NCBI GenBank assembly: GCA_035389265.1
Contig: DAOORM010000001.1
Coordinates: forward strand, 1 to 28,524
From: Flavobacteriales bacterium
GTDB lineage: Bacteria > Bacteroidota > Bacteroidia > Flavobacteriales_F > PHOS-HE28
Direction: 5' to 3'
Length of the DNA: 28,524 nucleotides
The translations under genes and the position numbers were made by a program. Below are positions 1 through 7,954 of this stretch, piece by piece (within the stretch, counting starts at the first letter, position 1; each line of letters starts with the position of its first letter). The notes beneath the pieces are model-generated. The model was given only the letters and a program-made list of their open reading frames with translations, did no database searches and was not told where the DNA came from.

Positions 1-29
1 CGCAACTCGTCTGGGCTGGGGGTATCCAT
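1..29 (-). CDS. Possible 5' end of a gene running off the left edge (MDTPSPDELR...)
   Basis: ATG at 29 on the minus strand, open to the window edge and co-oriented with the neighbouring minus-strand genes. Only ~10 codons are visible. Confidence 0.25.
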
Positions 30-281
30 GGGATCGACGGGGAATTGAGCAAGCCGCTGATGGCATGATACGCACGGCGAAGGGCGGGTGGTGGGGTGTT
101 GGGAACTTTAATGCGGCGAATGGCACAGCCTGCCTGATCCGAGCCTTGTCTACGTGCGCTCGCACCCTAGTGGAGAGAGAGCCTAGCGTGGTGCAATAAG
201 CTCACACAACGAACAAAGGATCCTTGCGGATCCCTTGCCCTAGTGGCTGGCAGCGTTGGCTGACCAACCTCCCCAGGATGG

Positions 282-767
282 TTACTTGCCGTCGCCGTCC
301 TTATCGGCTTCGGTCTTCGCGTCCACCCAATCCTTCTGACGATCCCACCAGTTCTTGGTCTCATCCACGGCCTTACGACCTTCCATCTTCACCTCGTTCC
401 AGTTGTCCTTGGTGCTGCCATCGTAGCTGACCATGCTCGCATCGATACGGGCGATGTTCTGCTCCAGTTCGGCGATGTGGCGTTCGGTCTCGGCACGCTT
501 CTCGGCGTTCTTGATACCGTCGGCCAGGTCCTTGCGCTCGCGCTCCAAACGGTTGCTCAGCGTTTCGCGGAGGTTGGCCATCTCCTTACGGGCCTCCTCA
601 CGTTCGTTCATCCACTCCTGGGCGTCGTCGGCCTTGCCCACCTCGTTGCGGTTCTCTTGCATTTGCTCGTTCACACGCTCCGTTTCTTTGCCAGCCTCGG
701 TGCCACAGGCTACCAGCAAACCACCGCTAAGCAGGAGGGTCGCCAGGAAATAGGGTTTGGTACTCAT
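282..767 (-). CDS. Coiled-coil lipoprotein (161 aa), probably stress-related
   Basis: Starting at ATG 767 gives MSTKPYFLATLLLSGGLLVAC-G, a signal peptide II with a lipobox Cys, followed by an E/K/R-rich helical body. The ORF-track extension to 929 is not protein-like. Confidence 0.8.
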   Translation of the reverse strand: MSTKPYFLATLLLSGGLLVACGTEAGKETERVNEQMQENRNEVGKADDAQEWMNEREEARKEMANLRETLSNRLERERKDLADGIKNAEKRAETERHIAELEQNIARIDASMVSYDGSTKDNWNEVKMEGRKAVDETKNWWDRQKDWVDAKTEADKDGDGK

Positions 768-992
768 GCCCTGCCGGTGGCAAATGCCGCGCCCGATGTG
801 CGGATCATGGAAAAAGCCCGTCAACCGTGCACATTCCATAGAACCGTGCAGAGGGATCGGTCCCGTTATCTCCCCACGACTGGGTGGGAAATCCCCAAGA
901 GACCACAACGCAGCATCGCTGCTTGTCACGCCAAGGTCTTCGTCGACAGACCATGACTCGGTTCCCCTTCAACCCCGTAGGAAGGTAAGGGA

Positions 993-1265
993 TCACATCC
1001 AGCCTTGCGATGCCGCAAAGCGCCCGATCAATGCAGCAACCGCCAAGGTGAAGGCCACGAGCATCACCATGCGCCAACGACTGCTCTGATAGCGACGTGC
1101 GAGCAGCAGGGCCACTAGTGCAACAACGATGAGCGCGGTGGAGATCGTTTTGGGCCAGTAGCCATCAAGAAGGTCCACGACCAAGGCGATGGAAGCAAGG
1201 GTCAGCAACACCCACACCACGGCGTTGCCGGGCCGGATTTCTCGTGGGGCGGGTGCTGCGTTCAT
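993..1265 (-). CDS. Small 3-TM membrane protein (90 aa), unknown function
   Basis: Three hydrophobic segments separated by short basic loops. A TAACTTCA -7-like box lies at 1270-1277, just upstream of the ATG. Confidence 0.65.
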   Translation of the reverse strand: MNAAPAPREIRPGNAVVWVLLTLASIALVVDLLDGYWPKTISTALIVVALVALLLARRYQSSRWRMVMLVAFTLAVAALIGRFAASQGWM

Positions 1266-1402
1266 CCGGTGAAGTTAACTCGGCTGTTCAACGAAAGTGC
1301 ACTTCATCGTCCAGACGTGTTCTCCTTCTTCACGCCATGCATTTCGGCGAGTCATACCAGCGCCTTTATGTGAGCACCTGACATGAGTCGAACGCTTCTG
1401 CC

Positions 1403-2548
1403 CTACTTATCCTCCGTACCGTTGAACAGGCGCTTGATGAATCCCTGCTTCGGCGCTTCCGGCGCCTCTACCGAGGAGAGGTTGATCTGTTGGTCCACGG
1501 CCGGCTGAAGCGCTTGGATGAAGGCGTTGCGCACAAGATCGACGATGGCGTAAAGCACGTTCGTCCGCGGTCCATCCATGCGCCCCTGGAAGCGCACCTT
1601 GGTGGCCACCTGTTCTTCTTTGCGGTTCTTGAACAGGCCACCCACACCACCAACCACCACCTCCCAGAGCTTTCGTAGGGCGTTGTCGTTGCGGTCCTCC
1701 TTGCCCACCACATCCAGGTCCTTGATGATGGGTTTCACATACCCTGCGAAGCCTCCGTCCTTCGCCGCCATCTCGGTGTAGAGGCCCATGTTCCCCTTGT
1801 TCACATCGAACTTGCCGTAAGCCTGCATGAAGCCGTTGAGTTCGGTCAGCTCCAGATCCTTCAACTCAGCGTTCAGGTCGAACGTGGGCATGTCAGCGAG
1901 CGGGTTCAACTTCATGCGTATGGCCATGGTGCCGCCATACACGTTGGCATCCAGGCGTACGGTGGAGGGCAGGATATCCCCTTCATCGTATTTGTTCCGC
2001 AGGTTCAGGGCCAACAATTCGATGCGATCCATCTGGATATCCACCGCCGGAGTGGTGGTGGGGTCGCGGAACCGGAGGATACCGTCGTGGATCTCCACCC
2101 GGTTCACCCGGATCGGAAGCAAGTCGTTCAACAGTTCGCTGAAGGTGGTGGTATCCTCCTGCACGGCAGCGGGCTCCACGGCATCCTTGGTGAAGATCAC
2201 CGCCGGACGCTCAACCACCAGTTCACCCACTACGGAACCGCGGAACAGGGCCTTCCACTCCACCGACAGGTCGATCACATCGGCTGCCACGAAGGGGGTG
2301 CGGTCCTGCGTCACGGAGTCCACCTGCTCGATCACAAGCTCTTCGATCTGGTAGGCACCACGGATCAGCGCGAGGTCAAGGTCCTCGATATGGCCGTGGT
2401 ATCCGGGGAGTTCAGCCAGCCGGTCATTCACCAGCTCGAGCAGTACGTAGGGCAGGATGATGCGGATCGTGAGCAACACGCCCAAGACGATCAACAGGAT
2501 GCGGAGCTTGCGCTTTCGCCGTGGATGAACGGTGGTGTCCAAGGACAT
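1403..2548 (-). CDS. DUF748 (AsmA-like) domain protein, N-terminal membrane anchor
   Basis: Basic stretch (RRKRKLR) then a TM helix, followed by a beta-rich body with family-like motifs (GELVVERPAV, YGKFDVNKG, GYVKP, FIQAL). Confidence 0.75.
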   Translation of the reverse strand: MSLDTTVHPRRKRKLRILLIVLGVLLTIRIILPYVLLELVNDRLAELPGYHGHIEDLDLALIRGAYQIEELVIEQVDSVTQDRTPFVAADVIDLSVEWKALFRGSVVGELVVERPAVIFTKDAVEPAAVQEDTTTFSELLNDLLPIRVNRVEIHDGILRFRDPTTTPAVDIQMDRIELLALNLRNKYDEGDILPSTVRLDANVYGGTMAIRMKLNPLADMPTFDLNAELKDLELTELNGFMQAYGKFDVNKGNMGLYTEMAAKDGGFAGYVKPIIKDLDVVGKEDRNDNALRKLWEVVVGGVGGLFKNRKEEQVATKVRFQGRMDGPRTNVLYAIVDLVRNAFIQALQPAVDQQINLSSVEAPEAPKQGFIKRLFNGTEDK

Positions 2549-2590
2549 GCTATTTCGTGAATGCCGTCAGCATTCAGTGGTGTTTCTCAG

Positions 2591-2782
2591 TTATTCGATG
2601 AAGCCTTTCAATATCCGCTCGGTTCCGGAGTCGCTCAGTACCACGGTCAGCTCCCTGGTATCGCACAGGAGGTCGACTACAACTACATTGTCCGCGAGCA
2701 AGTACTTCATCAACTTGTTCGAGTCGGGCACCTTGGCCTCCTACTTCAATGCGCTGGTTTCAAGGTCTTCCGGCATCGTCAT
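2591..2782 (-). pseudogene. Short ORF-like segment interrupted by one TAG (2741-2743), or a 39-aa ORF starting at 2710
   Basis: Translates as MTMPEDLETSALK*EAKVPDSNKLMKYLLADNVVVVDLLCDTRELTVVLSDSGTERILKGFIE*. The composition is globular-protein-like and it fills the katE-DUF748 gap in the same orientation. Confidence 0.3.
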
Positions 2783-2800
2783 GCTTGCGCCAATGTACGA

Positions 2801-4939
2801 TCAGGCCTTCGTCGCGTAGACCGGATCCTTCTCGCGTGCCCAATGGCGATGAGCCGCGATGGCGTCGATGAAAGCATTGATCACCGCTTTGCCGGTACGT
2901 CCGTGCACCATCCCGGGTCCCTCCTTGTCCTCCGCCATACCCCAGGCATCGAACAGTTGGTCGGCATTGCCGATCAGCGCGATTGCTTTGGCGTGGCGAT
3001 GGGCATCGCATACGAAGTCCTTCGCATCGGGGTAGTGCAGCCACGGTTCTTGGTTCACCACGGCAATGGCATCGAAGACCACGGAAGTGCTCGTCATCAG
3101 GGTCTGATCCACTCCTTTCGCCAAGGTCGGTGCGATCACCTTCACCATGGCGCCTTCGGCTTCCAGGGCGGCCTTCAGCGCTGTGGCATCGCGTATGCCA
3201 TCCATGTCCGCCAGGATGCCCACACGTCGTGTACGGATCCCTTCCTTGAGAGTGTTCGCCATGCTCAACGCTTCGGAGCGCTCCACCACGGGCTTCTCCT
3301 CGTAGGGTTGCACATCATCGGGTGATGTGTCCGCCGGAATGCTATGGTTGAGGGGTTCCACCACTGCGGGCACTTCCAGATCGAAGGCTTCGGCCACACG
3401 GGTGGCGAGGTCATGATCCACATAGGCCAGCAGACCGATCATCCGTTCACGCACTGCGGCGGTATCCAGCTTGGCCAGTTCGAACCGGAGCGCGTTGATG
3501 ATGTGGTTCTGCTCAGGCGTGCTTTGGCTTCTGTAGAACAACGTGGCCTGGCTGAAATGGTCCATGAACTTCTCGCTCTTGGCGCGCACCTTCATGTCTT
3601 CCATGGGCTCGGGAAAGGAGGTGGAACCGCCGTTCTTCATGGCCGCTTGGAAGGGACAGCCACCGCCGAGTGAATTGGGCTCGTAGTTGATGTGGTTCTT
3701 GTTGATGGTCTGTCGCATGTGTCCATCGCGGTGGTTGTTGTGCACCGGTGCGAGCGGCCGATTGATGGGGATCTCGTTGAAATTGACACTGCCCAGGCGG
3801 GAGAGCTGCGTATCGGGGTAAGAGAACAGCCGCCCCTGCAACAACGGATCGTTGCTCAGGTCTATCCCGGGCACCAAGTGGCCTGGATCGAAAGCCACTT
3901 GCTCGGTCTCAGCGAAGAAATTGTCCGGATTGCGGTTCAAGGTCATCTTGCCTACGCGCTGCACCGGCACGAGTTCTTCCGGGATCAACTTAGTGGGATC
4001 GAGAAGGTCGAAGGGGTATTTATGTTCATCCTTGGCCGGTACGATCTGTACACCCAGTTCCCATTCCGGGTAGTCACCGTTCTCGATGGCCTCCCACAGA
4101 TCACGCCGGTGGAAATCCGGATCCTTACCACTGATCTTGGTGGCTTCGTCCCAGGCCACGGAATGCACGCCGAGCAGGGGTTTCCAATGGAATTTCACGA
4201 AGCTGCTTTCTCCCTTAGCATTGACGAAGCGGAAGGTGTGCACACCGAAACCCTCCATCATGCGGAGGCTGCGCGGGATGGCACGATCGCTCATGGCCCA
4301 CATGATCATGTGCATGCTTTCGGGCATCAGACTGATGAAGTCCCAGAAGGTCTCGTGCGCGCTGGCGGCCTGTGGCATTTCGTTATGCGCTTCGGGCTTC
4401 ACGCTGTGGATGAGGTCGGGGAACGTCATCGCATCCTGGATGAAGAAGACCGGGATGTTGTTGCCGACCAGATCATAGATGCCCTCATCGGTGTAGAACT
4501 TCACGGCGAAGCCGCGCACGTCACGCGCCAGATCGGTGCTACCCCGCGAACCGGCCACCGTGCTGAAGCGCACGAACACCGGCGTGCGGCGCGCAGGGTC
4601 GTTGAGAAAACCGGCCTTGGTCCACTTGGCCAGTGGCTCATAGACCTGGAAGTAGCCATGCGCCCCGGACCCACGCGCGTGAACCACCCGCTCGGGGATG
4701 CGCTCATGATCGAAGTGCATGATCTTATCCCGCAGGATATGGTCCTCCAGCAACGTGGGACCACGCAACCCGGCCTTCAGACTGTTCTGGTTGTCGTTGA
4801 TGGGAAGACCCTGATCCGTCGTTAGCCTTTGATCGGCCGCGTCGGTGGTGTTCCTTCGGAGATCGGTGGTCTTCGCGTTCTCGTTGGATTCTGGTTTGCG
4901 CGTTGAAGTGCGCTTGCGGGGCGTATCACGTTTGGCCAT
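2801..4939 (-). CDS. katE: Large-subunit monofunctional catalase HPII (clade 2) with C-terminal DJ-1/PfpI-like domain
   Basis: Distal His motif [38 protein letters not shown], proximal Tyr motif [13 protein letters not shown]-terminal AHRHW; 712 aa. Confidence 0.97.
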   Translation of the reverse strand: MAKRDTPRKRTSTRKPESNENAKTTDLRRNTTDAADQRLTTDQGLPINDNQNSLKAGLRGPTLLEDHILRDKIMHFDHERIPERVVHARGSGAHGYFQVYEPLAKWTKAGFLNDPARRTPVFVRFSTVAGSRGSTDLARDVRGFAVKFYTDEGIYDLVGNNIPVFFIQDAMTFPDLIHSVKPEAHNEMPQAASAHETFWDFISLMPESMHMIMWAMSDRAIPRSLRMMEGFGVHTFRFVNAKGESSFVKFHWKPLLGVHSVAWDEATKISGKDPDFHRRDLWEAIENGDYPEWELGVQIVPAKDEHKYPFDLLDPTKLIPEELVPVQRVGKMTLNRNPDNFFAETEQVAFDPGHLVPGIDLSNDPLLQGRLFSYPDTQLSRLGSVNFNEIPINRPLAPVHNNHRDGHMRQTINKNHINYEPNSLGGGCPFQAAMKNGGSTSFPEPMEDMKVRAKSEKFMDHFSQATLFYRSQSTPEQNHIINALRFELAKLDTAAVRERMIGLLAYVDHDLATRVAEAFDLEVPAVVEPLNHSIPADTSPDDVQPYEEKPVVERSEALSMANTLKEGIRTRRVGILADMDGIRDATALKAALEAEGAMVKVIAPTLAKGVDQTLMTSTSVVFDAIAVVNQEPWLHYPDAKDFVCDAHRHAKAIALIGNADQLFDAWGMAEDKEGPGMVHGRTGKAVINAFIDAIAAHRHWAREKDPVYATKA

Positions 4940-4965
4940 GGTGCGTGGGGTCTAGGTGCTCACAC

Positions 4966-4981
4966 AGAAAGGACCGTGCCC
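4966..4981 (-). promoter_or_regulatory. Sigma54-like -24 box upstream of katE
   Basis: GGGCACGGTCCTTTCT versus consensus TGGCACGnnnnTTGCW. The -24 half matches well, the -12 half is imperfect; the box ends 26 nt before the ATG. Confidence 0.3.
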
Positions 4982-5265
4982 AGCTGATGCCCAACTCGCG
5001 CATGCCCACATACCACTGCGGAAGTCCGTAACACATGAGCGCGGGCATTCACCACCAATGAGGCGCAGCTTTCCCGATCGTGGTCGGCTATGTCCCCGAT
5101 CGGGGCCAGCTCCCGAAGCTTCGTAGGTCTCCGACTTCGGGCCAATGCGTTCTTAACTATCGCCGCCGAGTGCCTCTTCGAAAGTGATCTTGGCACCGCT
5201 TGGAAGTACCACCCACAACAGAACCAGCGACGAAGGACACCACATGGTCCTCCCCCACTGCGACA

Positions 5266-5373
5266 TCACTCCACGTCATCATCACGGTGGTCCCTGTCCA
5301 TCCGCCAGAATCGGTAAGCCACGTAGCAGATCACAACAAAGTAGAGGACGACTAATGAGGTATGTAGCAGCAT
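5266..5373 (-). CDS. Putative 35-aa single-pass membrane peptide
   Basis: MLLHTSLVVLYFVVICYVAYRFWRMDRDHRDDDVE: a ~20-residue hydrophobic helix followed by a charged tail. Confidence 0.4.
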   Translation of the reverse strand: MLLHTSLVVLYFVVICYVAYRFWRMDRDHRDDDVE

Positions 5374-5545
5374 GCATGTAGCTGCGTTCACGATCCGGGG
5401 AAGGATCTCCCCAGACGCAGCGTTGGCGAAGCAAGCGAAGTGGCGGAGGGATTTGGACCAAAACCGGACCAGCGACTGCAAAAACTCCACGGGTATGAAC
5501 CGATGTTCGACGAATTCGCGGAGGGTGTTAGCCGCATACGTTGAG

Positions 5546-5561
5546 TGGCACGCCTATGGAG
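5546..5561 (+). promoter_or_regulatory. Sigma54-like -24 box upstream of the DUF892-like paralog
   Basis: TGGCACGCCTATGGAG: perfect TGGCACG, weak -12 half; the box ends 23 nt before ATG 5585. Confidence 0.3.
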
Positions 5562-5584
5562 CATTCAGGTTCAAAAGCACCACC

Positions 5585-6076
5585 ATGGCTACCCGACCAT
5601 TCATCCGTATGCTGGAAGTGAAACTGGACGAAGCCTTTTTCGTGTTCTCCCAGCTACCCAAACAATTGAACGGTGCCGCCAGGCGGCTAGGACTGCATGC
5701 CCTGCGTACCGATGTACTGGCCCGTGCGAGTGTGCTCGGCGCGCGCGCTATTAAATTGATGACGGCCCTGAGCAAGTGGGGCGGCCGCAAACCGGCCCCT
5801 TGCGATTGCGCCGATCTCGCCACCGAGCTGAACGACCTGCGCTACGCATCGAAGACGACCGCGCCGGAACGCTGGCTCTATTCCAAAGCACTGCATATCA
5901 CGAACAAGCTCACGGGCATGGTGCACGAGCGCTTGGTGCAGGCGCGGCGCTTGGCGATCTTGCTGGGCGAGCGGGTCCTTGCCGCCGACATCAAAGAGTT
6001 GTTGGAGGAAGAGCCTGTAGCAGAGGCCCAGTTGAACATGGCTGAAGGTGACCACAGCCCCTCCAACGGTACGTAG
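5585..6076 (+). CDS. Divergent DUF892/YciF-like ferritin-fold protein lacking most metal-ligand motifs (163 aa)
   Basis: Aligns by hand to the YciF at 6438-7019 over ~145 residues with one single-residue gap (e.g. MLEVKLDEAFFVFSQLPKQL vs LFEDQLADLYYVEKQLLKAL; AADIKELLEEEPVAEAQL vs VALIEETMDEEKAADEKL; the mid-protein Cys is conserved). The start is set at ATG 5585 rather than the ORF-track 5372. Confidence 0.7.
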   Translation: MATRPFIRMLEVKLDEAFFVFSQLPKQLNGAARRLGLHALRTDVLARASVLGARAIKLMTALSKWGGRKPAPCDCADLATELNDLRYASKTTAPERWLYSKALHITNKLTGMVHERLVQARRLAILLGERVLAADIKELLEEEPVAEAQLNMAEGDHSPSNGT

Positions 6077-6437
6077 CGGTTGAAGTGTTGGTGCATAGCT
6101 GCGTGCCATGCGCACAAAGGTCAGTACCGCCGCCTTGGTCCGATAGGCACAATCCATCTTGCGCGCTGCTCATCGGTTGTACGAGCGCCCAGGTTCCACG
6201 GGCCTCCCGAGCGCGACGTGCATGATCAGCATGGTACACGAGATCGGTGTACAGAAGTGCTGGCTGCCGATAACAACAGATGACCGCTGCACCATCATTT
6301 TACTTGGCAACCGATATTGGCGACAATGGGCACCTCCGATCTCTTGACCCCGCTCGTTGCCTTGGCGGCACACGACGAATACCATCAACACGAAAACCCT
6401 GCACAGGGCAGGGCATTCGTGTAGGTCGCTTTTCCGC

Positions 6438-7019
6438 TCAAGACGCTTTGCGCCCTGCCTTCTTCGCGACCGTTCTGGTGCGCGTGGCCGTGACCACCTC
6501 TTCTTCCTCTTCTTCCTCGTCGGCCTCGATGTTCACCACGGTCTCGGCGATCTCGCTGAGCTTTTCGTCAGCGGCCTTTTCCTCATCCATAGTCTCCTCG
6601 ATCAGCGCGACAGCTTCGGTCAGCTCGAGCTGTTCGGCCCAAGCCTTCAAACTGCCGTAGGAGGTGATCTCGTAATGTTCCACCTTCTGGGCTGCGCTCA
6701 CCAAGCCGGCATCCAGCGCTGCATCATCGGCGAACTCCTCCATGATCTCCTTGCCCTCTTCGAGGATCCCATCGATCGCAGGACATTTCTTGGCCTTGGC
6801 CGTCTTTCCGATGCTGGCGAAGATGTCCTCCAGACGACCCACCTGGGTCTCGGTTTCGGCGAGGTGATCGGTGAAGGCTTCGCTAAGCTCCTCGTTGGTG
6901 GCCTTCTTAGCCATCTTCGGCAGTGCCTTCAGCAGTTGCTTCTCCACGTAGTACAAGTCGGCGAGCTGGTCCTCGAACAGTTTCATCAGACCGGTGCTCT
7001 CGTTCTTCTTGGTCGTCAT
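6438..7019 (-). CDS. yciF: YciF/DUF892 ferritin-like stress protein with acidic-then-basic C-terminal tail
   Basis: LADLYYVEKQLLKALPKMA, HLAETETQVGRLE, KCPAIDGILEEG, AAQKVEHYEITSYGSL, DEEKAADEKL motifs. Confidence 0.92.
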   Translation of the reverse strand: MTTKKNESTGLMKLFEDQLADLYYVEKQLLKALPKMAKKATNEELSEAFTDHLAETETQVGRLEDIFASIGKTAKAKKCPAIDGILEEGKEIMEEFADDAALDAGLVSAAQKVEHYEITSYGSLKAWAEQLELTEAVALIEETMDEEKAADEKLSEIAETVVNIEADEEEEEEEVVTATRTRTVAKKAGRKAS

Positions 7020-7058
7020 CGCTTGGGTTCGTTGTTGGTCAAGTGTTCCACTCAGCGA

Positions 7059-7406
7059 TCACTTCATGGGCTTATCGATCTGGGTCTTCTGTCCTTCGGG
7101 CATCTTGTCGCCACGATGTGCATCGGGCCCCTTGTCCTCGGCGCGGGTGCGGCTGGCGTCGTTACCTTCTTCGCGCTCGGTGTTGTGGTCCGGCTTCGGA
7201 TGCGCAGGTTGGCGGTCGTCCTTTTTGCTGTCGGGCTGACCACTACGATCCTGTCCTGGGTTCGTACGCGTGGCATCGGTTGCATCACCGGCCTTGCCCT
7301 GCTCGTTCGGGCGGCGTTCCTGGTGCTTCTCGGTACCTGGAGCGGTGTCTTTTCCCTGGGTTCCACGTGGTGTGTTGTCCGGGGTGTTGGTTTGATCGCG
7401 TTCCAT
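7059..7406 (-). CDS. Intrinsically disordered hydrophilin-like protein (115 aa)
   Basis: From ATG 7406 the protein has no L, V, F, W, Y or C, one I and 11 Gly, and is rich in D/E/K/R/Q/T/P. It ends 39 nt upstream of yciF on the same strand. Confidence 0.7.
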   Translation of the reverse strand: MERDQTNTPDNTPRGTQGKDTAPGTEKHQERRPNEQGKAGDATDATRTNPGQDRSGQPDSKKDDRQPAHPKPDHNTEREEGNDASRTRAEDKGPDAHRGDKMPEGQKTQIDKPMK

Positions 7407-7876
7407 GATGCTGATGTATTTTGATGATGATGCCGCACAGGTCCGTTTCTCGGAACTTCCATACGACTTCATGAACAACCACGCAGATCACCGGCCATTG
7501 AAGTGGCACGCACGACAGCGCGTTATCAACGGGGAATGACGGGGTATGTACACCACAGAGATGCACGATCGCGGGAAATAGCACCACGCGGTGACCAGGA
7601 AAACGCCGACGGTGCTGGTCGCCCCCCTTGCACTCACCCCCTCTGACGTGAACAGAGGAACTCCACGATCACGTTCGCCTTGGACGAACGTTGATCAAGG
7701 CATGAACACCAACTGCTGCACGTGGGAACGACCATGACGATCCGCGACGCGAATGCCCAATACACCACCGGCTTGCACCTGCAAAGGCAACGAATGGTCG
7801 AGACAGCCGACGTGTTCTCCAAGCAAGAGAAAGAAAGTTGGATCATCGCCAGGGGGGCACGATCTAGCGGTATACT

Positions 7877-7904
7877 TGTAACAGCCGCTGTCACCAGCGC
7901 GTAA
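7877..7904 (+). promoter_or_regulatory. Candidate ECF-type promoter for the methyltransferase-prenyltransferase operon
   Basis: TGTAAC-N17-CGTAA fits the AAC/CGT pattern of many ECF promoters. An overlapping TATACTTG (7871-7878) could instead be a housekeeping -7 variant. Confidence 0.3.
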
Positions 7905-7954
7905 TGGGAAGGACGCGCAGGTGATGACCACATCGGCGCACGGGTCGCCCGACC

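Noticed and set aside
768-929. Upstream extension of the lipoprotein ORF (215-aa version)
   Set aside because: The signal peptide and lipobox only make sense from ATG 767.
2711-2732. GTTCGAGTC resembling a tRNA T-loop
   Set aside because: No D-arm, anticodon arm or acceptor stem can be folded around it.
2087-4825. Long plus-strand ORFs (2087-2560, 2561-3325, 3692-4825)
   Set aside because: Antisense shadows of DUF748 and katE, as expected in GC-rich DNA.
5372-5584. N-terminal 71 codons of the ORF-track 234-aa protein
   Set aside because: Not protein-like, overlaps the promoter-like box, and the YciF alignment starts right at ATG 5585.
6077-6437. Small genes between the two DUF892 genes
   Set aside because: Several short ORFs on both strands, but none with a convincing start context or composition.
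7561-7904. Possible gene or remnant upstream of the methyltransferase (60-aa ORF 7722-7904 and frames around it)
   Set aside because: No recognisable motif in any frame, and it overlaps the candidate promoter. A decayed gene cannot be excluded but I cannot support one.
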